From NCBI GenBank assembly GCA_044892525.1, contig CM097885.1, forward strand, positions 25,918,001 to 25,982,000: a DNA stretch of 64,000 nt, written 5' to 3'. The notes beneath the pieces are model-generated. The model was not told where the DNA came from. It did not search any database and saw nothing but the letters and a program-made list of their open reading frames with translations. Shown here piece after piece: positions 55,721-64,000 of the stretch (position 1 is its first letter; each line of letters opens with the position of its first letter). The translations under genes and the position numbers were made by a program. This stretch comes from Schmidtea polychroa (lineage: Eukaryota).

Positions 55721-56883
55721 TCAATAAAGTAAAAAATATGACATTAAAAAATTAAAATTTACTAAAAAGTACCAACTGATCATTTACAAAGTTGTTAATT
55801 ATTGGGTGCAATTAGTGAATACGGGTCTTTCTATTAGTATCACATTTATGCAATCCAAATGTTCCCAAAATCTAAAAATCTTTTACCATTAATAATTATT
55901 AATAGATATGAACAACTTTTACTGCAAGTTTCAAGTTTATTCAAAAAAAAATATGAGCATTTTTATCCATTTTAAACAAAAATAATTTCCTCAAACAATA
56001 TCAACGCAACAAAATATATTTCAGTTACTTTTTCAATATATCTGGAAAATGGCTTCAAAGTGAGATTCGACATGGTAAAAAATTATTTATTTGCTTATAA
56101 TTATTTTGTTATCAATGAAATGCTTTTTTGTTTATATTTACCGATTTATTATTTTTAAGTTTATCCTTATTTATAGTGTTTATAAAACATTTAATGAAAT
56201 TATGAAATTTTATTTCGCCACTCACCAAAAAAAAACGAAATAATTTGCTCAATTCACAGACTGAGGAAAATAAATCAGAATTGGAAATAATTACTAAAAT
56301 TTTTATATTTTATAAAATAATTAAAAATATAAATAATTGTTAATGATTTTTTAATGATTGTTAATAAAACAAATCGTTATTTATTTTAATTTTATATTTC
56401 GAAGACTTTTGAATAAAAAATTATGATAATTATAAAACATTTATTAAGTGTTAAATAACAGAGAAAAATAAAATCATTAATAAAATAAACATAAGTAGTA
56501 GGATGTGTCACCTCCAGGACATGTCACATCCAGGACAGGTCAAGGTCAAATTTTAAGGTCAAGGTCATTTTTAAAGGTCAAGGTCAAATTTTTAAGGTCA
56601 AGGTCAAGTTTTTTAAGGTCAAGGCCAATTTTTTTCCCCTCGAATACATCAACTCAAATTTAACAAGGTTAGTCACACAAATCGAATTCTGAAATCAAAC
56701 AAATGCATTTAATAAAAATTAAAATCATCAACATACACAACCGCCGTTCGCCCGCCCGCCCCGAAGGGGCTGGCGCGGTAGTTTGTAAATTTGGTTTAGT
56801 TTGAATATTATTATTATTTGAAACATAGTTTAAAACATGATATTATTACCTGTATTTCTGTTCACTATACAAAACAATTCAAC

Positions 56884-57892
56884 ACATGATATTATTACCT
56901 GTATTTCCGTTCACTATACAAAACTATTCAACAAAAAAAAAAAAAAAAATATTTGAAATAAAAGTTGAGAATGAAGGTTAAATTTCACAAAACAAGGTTA
57001 AATGAATTTCTACATCTAAGCTCTTATTTGTCTGCGGTAGAAAAATATGGAAAGTAATTATTTTGTAAATACCAACTTAGGAAAATTAAAACAAACCGAA
57101 ATAAAAATGCATTATTCAAAACGATAAAATAGAAAATAATTATTTTCTGTATTTTTATTCCCATCTTTTCACTTTAACACGATTGCAGATCTGATATGGC
57201 GAGGGTCATTGATGACTACCTACAATCTTGGCCATCGATGGACATCTATTTAAATTTTGGTGGCCAACTGTAAACGGGTTCTTATTTTTAAAAATTTTTT
57301 TAAAAAATGCTCTAAAAATAAAATATTTTATTCTCATACAAATAAATTCATTATTTTAAAAGAATTTTTGTCAAATATCAATAAATTAAACATGATATTA
57401 ATACCTGTATTTCCGTTTACTATACAACACAATTCAACAAAAAAAAATAAATATTTGAAATAAAAGTTGAGAATGAAGGTTAAATTTCACAAAACAAGGT
57501 TAAATGAATTTCTACATCTAAGCTCTAATTTGTCTGCGGTAGAAAAATATGGAAAGTAATTATTTTGTAAATACCAACTTAGGAAAATTAAAACAAACCG
57601 AAATAAAAATGCATTATTCAAAACGATAAAATAGAAAATAATTATTTTCTGTATTTTTATTCCCATCTTTTCACTTTAACACGATTGCAGATCTGATATG
57701 GCGAGGGTCATTGATGACTACCTACAATCTTGGCCATCGATGGACATCTATTTAAATTTTGGTGGCCAACTGTAAACGGGTTCTTATTTTTAAAAATTTT
57801 TTTTAAAAAATGCTCTAAAAATAAAATATTTTATTCTCATACAAATAAATTCATTATTTTAAAAGAATTTTTGTCAAATATCAATAAATTAA
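56884..57892 (+). repeat. Tandem duplication of a ~505-bp unit
   Basis: ~56884-57390 and ~57389-57892 are nearly identical; a short extra copy of the unit start lies at ~56834. Confidence 0.92.
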
Positions 57893-57959
57893 AGATAAAA
57901 TATAATTTCTCATAATTTTATTTGAATAATAATCAAAAGATCCAAAAAGTGAAAAATTG

Positions 57960-58475
57960 TTAATGATGCAAAGGTGGCACAATAATGACTGGCTTATCGG
58001 CATGATGAAGAACGTAATCACTTACACTGCCCAGAAATGTTCGCCTTAATAAACCTTCTACTCGATTTGCCATTAGTATGACATCAGCCCGATGGTCGTG
58101 ACAGACAGAGATTATGCATTCTCCAACTCTTGAATCCACCCGGATGAAGCCTTTGCATTTCCAACCCTTTTCAGTTAATTTATGTATATAATCTATCACT
58201 AACGCTTTGCCTTTGTCAATTTGCTTTTGAATTTTCGCATCCAACTCTTCCATCGGCAGCCAGCCAGCCTCCATTCCGATTCCTACAGCAATCGTGTTAT
58301 ATATGGGCTCAACTATGTGAATCAAATGAACGACATCATATTTTCTCATCATATTGTTTGAATACTAGTCCAATGCTCATCGGCTGACTTCACTTTTGTC
58401 CATCGGAATGATTATTATTCTTTCTGATTCATTCTTCATTTCCACCGAGGTTTTTGCTCGTTCCGAATCGGTCAT
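57960..58475 (-). pseudogene. Universal stress protein (UspA domain), intronless, two in-frame stops
   Basis: RIIIIPMDKSEVSR*ALD*Y..VHLIHIVE..ADVILMANR..RRTFLGSVSDYVLHHADKPVIIVPP; 172 codons in one frame. Confidence 0.9.
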
Positions 58476-59057
58476 TTTTAAATTTCGTTGGTAAAATATT
58501 TCTTATATATCAAATGGACTTGATTGTGGTGTTAGATAATCTCTGACGTAATATTTTAACTAATCACAATTTAAAGTCTATTTGCACATGTAATGTAAAC
58601 ATTTCAATTTTACAGCAAATAAAAATTATTGAAATTAAAATTAATAAAATAAATTCACAAAAAATAAAAAAGAAATTATTGAATTAAGCCGACAATGGGC
58701 TTTAGGTTATGAACTATTCTTTATACAATTCCTTTTTAACTCTGATTCCAATTTTCTTACATTTCTATTCGACTATTTCTGTTTTTTTTTTTTGGATTTT
58801 TGTGAAAAGTTGTGGGTTAGGCTGAAAATTAATTAGTAAAAAATTGGCACTTTTTGTGTTGTCGAAATAATTGAAATAAATATTTTAAAAAATGTAAAAA
58901 CTGAAACGTTAAATATCATTGCAAGTTTGCTTGTCTTTTTATTATATGTATCGTGTTGAAATATCTAATTTTTCTTATAATCTATCTATCGATCATCTTG
59001 TTGCTTTTGAATAATAGTATAAACATAATTATTTTTTCATTTTAATTATTTTCAACC

Positions 59058-59444
59058 ATGTCGGAAAAAGGTAAAATATGAATTTTATGTTTATTAATTT
59101 TTTTTTTTTATTTAGCATATATAATCAACTTTTTGATTGAAAAATTAGAAGAAATATCTAATGTAAAAATTAGAGAATTTATGAATGTTTCAGAGAAATT
59201 AAAATGGCCGTATTCAGACGATGAAATTAATGAAGATGATATGTCATATGAATCTGAAAATATTTCCCAGCAAGAAGATGAATATACTGATTTGCCTAGT
59301 GAAGAACTTAAGTCATGTATTGAGAATTCTACAACAAATAAATTTCCAAATGAATCTAAACAAGAAGATGAATCTATTGTTTCTACTAATTGTATTGATC
59401 ATATTGTTGAAAATATAATGAAAAGAGATTGTATTGAAGATTAA
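59058..59444 (+). CDS. Spliced acidic accessory protein, unknown function
   Basis: 13-nt first exon (MSEK); GT-AG intron 59071-59115 splices in frame to ORF 59133-59444; TATAAACAT 40 nt upstream. Confidence 0.65.
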
Positions 59445-59516
59445 TAAATCTAAAACTTTAGTTATTTTCAATGATTTAAAAACACCAAAACACTAATAAA
59501 GATGTATTAAATAAAT

Positions 59517-60108
59517 TTAACATGAACAATGTTCCTCTTCAAACTTATCTTCGGCTTTTATAATTTTCCAAATTGGTTTGATTCGGTCTCTGCTTACATT
59601 ATACCCTTGAATTAATATGGTAACCATGCAGGTTATTTTGCTCATCTTACCACCATTGGAAATCATATCCAAATCGTTTCTAATGAACATATCTTCATCA
59701 TCAAATTCAATATTTTCATTGATCCTCTGAAATAATTGTCCCAATAGCATCTTGTCGTGAAACTTGATTTTGGAAAGTCTCACATTGTAGAAACATTTTT
59801 CCAGAGTTACTGGTTCCTAACAATAAATAATAATAATAAAATCCAAAATAATTTATAAAAACTTACCTTAAATGTATAGGAAATTGGACAATACAAATAA
59901 TTTAGTTTGTATTGTATGAATTCGACTGGCTTTTTTGTATCCACTCGAACATTGACCAAGGTTTCCGTGGATAATGCGGCTTCTTTAAATTTCCTTTTTC
60001 CGAATTCCTGAGCGGCATCTGCATTTTTTCTCTTCAAAACTCCTAGATTAAAAAACTAATAAATGGAATATGTGTAAACGACAACAAACCTGTAATTTGA
60101 TTATCCAT
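59517..60108 (-). CDS. Three-exon accessory protein (164 aa), unknown function
   Basis: Introns 60043-60089 and 59817-59866 give an uninterrupted 495-nt frame; homolog at 39089-39730. Confidence 0.8.
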
Positions 60109-60310
60109 TTGTAGTTATAATATTTAATAATTTGAACCAGATATTTTATACTAATTTCATTGTAAACAAGTTTCAAGTGAAAGGCATGATCAAAACGTGA
60201 TCAACTAGTTCATTTTATGCTAAATAACAAAGTCTGAAATGATTTATTGTACACAAAGAAATATTATAGGTTAATTAAGGTTATCACAAAACAAATATAA
60301 TTATATTTTA

Positions 60311-60678
60311 TTACAACAATACATTTTTTCGCAATTCCACAAGTAATGCATGAATTATTTCTCGTTTCTGTAGATTTACAAAACATGTACAACTATCATC
60401 CCCACAAGTATTCTGCATATTATTTTTACAAAAATCACAATTTTCAACATCATCGGTATAACATGTAATCGTAGCATGATCCATATGAATTAAATCTATT
60501 ACATTTATTCCAGTTATTTCATAAATTTTGTAAAACACAACTTCTGGAGCACAATACATTAAGGAATTGTTCAAATTCGGATAAAAATCTTCAATTTTAT
60601 CAATCAAATTTTTAGTATAGTTTCTAAACAAAAATCAGTAAATTTAAAATAAAAACAGTTACCTTCATGTTCAATCAT
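60311..60678 (-). CDS. Cys-rich accessory protein; 5' splice needs a 1-nt correction
   Basis: YPN..YCAP..TGIN..ENCDFCK..CGDDSCTC..HALLVELR; homolog at 32644-33029. Confidence 0.65.
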
Positions 60679-61183
60679 TGTTGAATAAATATTCAAGCAA
60701 ATCCTCGTTACTTATATTTGAAGAAATTGTTAAAGATCCAATCAAATCCTTTACATCGTTTATAATTCCTTCAACAATAGTATGAAAATTTAAATTTTTA
60801 ATACCTAGTACAACTATTTTACCACTCGAAAATATATTTACACATAGTGGATTATATTTTGTATAACGCAGAGCGGGAAATAATTCAGGCTCATATATAC
60901 AATCTCCATCTAATAACTTTGCTAAATTATTCAAATTAATAGATTGTTCAACCTTGGTAGCTATAGTAAGACTTTGAACTTGAATATCTTTGATATTATA
61001 TTGCAAATTCTCGAATTCGATAGGCTTCTTACAACCCATTATACGACATTTACCATTTTTGAAAAATATAATAGTATATTTTCCAGTTTTGTCAACATAT
61101 TGTTGTGGTTTACACTTGGGGAAATTCATCATACCAACAGTTTCCAAAGACACACGACCTCTATAATTAATATTTGTCAACAT
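60671..61183 (-). CDS. TATA-binding-protein-like protein (170 aa), element-encoded
   Basis: IIFFKNGKCRIMGCK and YEPELFPAL..VNIFSSGKIVVLG TBP half-repeats. Confidence 0.9.
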   Translation of the reverse strand: MLTNINYRGRVSLETVGMMNFPKCKPQQYVDKTGKYTIIFFKNGKCRIMGCKKPIEFENLQYNIKDIQVQSLTIATKVEQSINLNNLAKLLDGDCIYEPELFPALRYTKYNPLCVNIFSSGKIVVLGIKNLNFHTIVEGIINDVKDLIGSLTISSNISNEDLLEYLFNND

Positions 61184-61302
61184 TTCTACTGAATATTTAT
61201 AAAAATCAAGTATATATATATATATATGTTATATTATAGAGTAATTAAATCAATTTATTCTTTACGATATAAACAAAATTAATTTTTAAATAAATATTAA
61301 AA

Positions 61303-61929
61303 ATGGAACTAAAAAATGATGCTGTATATCAAATAGTCGGACCAAGTGGTAGCGGCAAAACTTTGTTTGTTTGCAAATTACTAAAATCACATTTATTTAA
61401 ATCAAAATTTAACAAAATTTATTGGCATCGAGGTGCTGATCAAGAACACGGATTGACTCAATCAAGTTTCTGTAAATTGAAAAATATGAAAATAGTAGAG
61501 GGATTTGATAAAAATTGGTCCAGTAGACTAAAGAAGGGGGATGTCATAATTATTGATGACTTGTATCAAGAAGCTAATAAAGAAAAGAATTTTAATAATT
61601 TATTTACCAAAATCAGTAGACACGTTGGTGTAACTGTTATTTTTATAACTCAAAATCTATTTCATCAAGGTGGTGCACATCGAACACGTAATTTAAATGT
61701 ACAATATTTAGTTATTTTCAAGAATCCTAGAGATGTAACAGTGATTGATTTTCTTGCACGTCAACCATACCCTAACAATCGTAATTTTCTTATCAGTGCA
61801 TTTCAAGATGCTACAAAAATACCTCATGGATATATATTTCTTGATTTCACACAACAATGTCCCGATGATTTACGAGTAAAAACAGATATTTTCAACCCAA
61901 AAGGTGCCATGGTTTATAAACAAAGTTGA
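61303..61929 (+). CDS. A32/FtsK-like packaging ATPase, intact
   Basis: GPSGSGKT, IIIDD, SRH, ITQN. Confidence 0.95.
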   Translation: MELKNDAVYQIVGPSGSGKTLFVCKLLKSHLFKSKFNKIYWHRGADQEHGLTQSSFCKLKNMKIVEGFDKNWSSRLKKGDVIIIDDLYQEANKEKNFNNLFTKISRHVGVTVIFITQNLFHQGGAHRTRNLNVQYLVIFKNPRDVTVIDFLARQPYPNNRNFLISAFQDATKIPHGYIFLDFTQQCPDDLRVKTDIFNPKGAMVYKQS

Positions 61930-61947
61930 AAACCTCTATGAATAATA

Positions 61948-62475
61948 ATGTTTCTAAAAGCAAGGGTGAAAAATATTAGGAAATTAAGAAAAAGTATTAA
62001 AAAGAGTATTAAAGTTCCAAAAGTTCCACCAACAACTAGTTATACACCATCTAAAATACTTGTAACTGAAAATTTCTCTGCAATGAATCTTATTTCGAAA
62101 AATCCTAAACCTAAACGTGAAACCCGTAAAACCCGTAAAGCCGGTAAAAAAGTAATTAAAAATCATCGCAGTTTTCCATTTTTTAATGCATTGTTAAAGG
62201 CCCCGAGTATGAAAAGAATGAATATATTGCAATCATTCCCAAATTTTGTTGTCGATGATTTACTCAATATTATACTTAAAGTAGTCAAAGGCAAAATTAA
62301 AATCAGTAAATCAAAAAAGCATTTATTGAGCAAACATAGGAAACCTTTGTTATCATTAGTAAATAATAAAAATCGTAAGCAAATGAGGAAAATTATATAT
62401 AAACAACAAGGTGGATTTATTGGTGCATTGATACCTCTGGCATTATCATTATTAGGTGGAGTTACACAGTCATAA
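61948..62475 (+). CDS. Basic virion core-like protein
   Basis: K/R-rich; ends YKQQGGFIGALIPLALSLLGG. Confidence 0.78.
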   Translation: MFLKARVKNIRKLRKSIKKSIKVPKVPPTTSYTPSKILVTENFSAMNLISKNPKPKRETRKTRKAGKKVIKNHRSFPFFNALLKAPSMKRMNILQSFPNFVVDDLLNIILKVVKGKIKISKSKKHLLSKHRKPLLSLVNNKNRKQMRKIIYKQQGGFIGALIPLALSLLGGVTQS

Positions 62476-62537
62476 ACAATGGGTGCTAATCCTTCATTGC
62501 CCGACATTAAATTTTAATTTTAAATCTTCTTGCTGTA

Positions 62538-63656
<1,119 letters not shown>

Positions 63657-64000
63657 ATTTTTATACTATTTTACCGAGCAATAGTTGCCCATTAATTCAT
63701 CCAGACAATCAAGCCAGTAAATTTATGGTCAATCTCCAGAATCCGATTTCTTTAAATGGTGACTGGGAAGTTGCACTGCAAGATTTTACATTCGTGTACA
63801 ACACATTCCCATTTTATAGTCAATGTAAGATTGATTTCAAAAGGAATATTGTGAAAACATGTAGCGGTATCTTTATTATCAGTAATTATGATAAAACATA
63901 TCATATTCCGAACCAAATATTAGATTCGCATTGCTATATATTTTACAAGGATGGATTAAATATCAGTTGTGATTTTAAACCATTTACAATAACATTCGAA

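Noticed and set aside
60671..61183. Host TBP/TRF gene
   Set aside because: Too divergent, intronless and repeatedly embedded in the same element context.

Overview
Very AT-rich eukaryotic (animal) DNA. Short 45-51 nt GT-AG introns, intronless actins, a USP gene and (ATT)n tracts suggest a flatworm-like invertebrate, but this is inference only. The window is a nest of mobile elements around two intronless actin genes. It is dominated by Polinton/Maverick (adintovirus-like) endogenous viruses. One copy has both ends (31227-44934; AGTAGT...ACTACT termini, long TIRs, 6-bp TSD AATAAT) and sits inside a dead hAT transposase gene. A second, largely intact copy probably starts at 56494 and runs off the right edge, and at least three decayed copies are also present. 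Besides the usual pPolB, integrase, packaging ATPase, adenain protease, penton, hexon and core proteins, this family carries its own TATA-binding-protein (TBP)-like gene, head-to-head with the ATPase. It also has a TATAAACA(A) motif 32-42 nt upstream of many of its genes, several spliced accessory genes, an (ATT)n intron in the integrase, SUMO-interacting-like motifs on the polymerase, and possibly a captured USP gene. Other content: two Gypsy LTR retroelements, several hAT-type elements (one with an intact 610-aa transposase), a Tigger-like MITE and a Penelope-like remnant. All family assignments come from motif recognition by eye; no database search was run.
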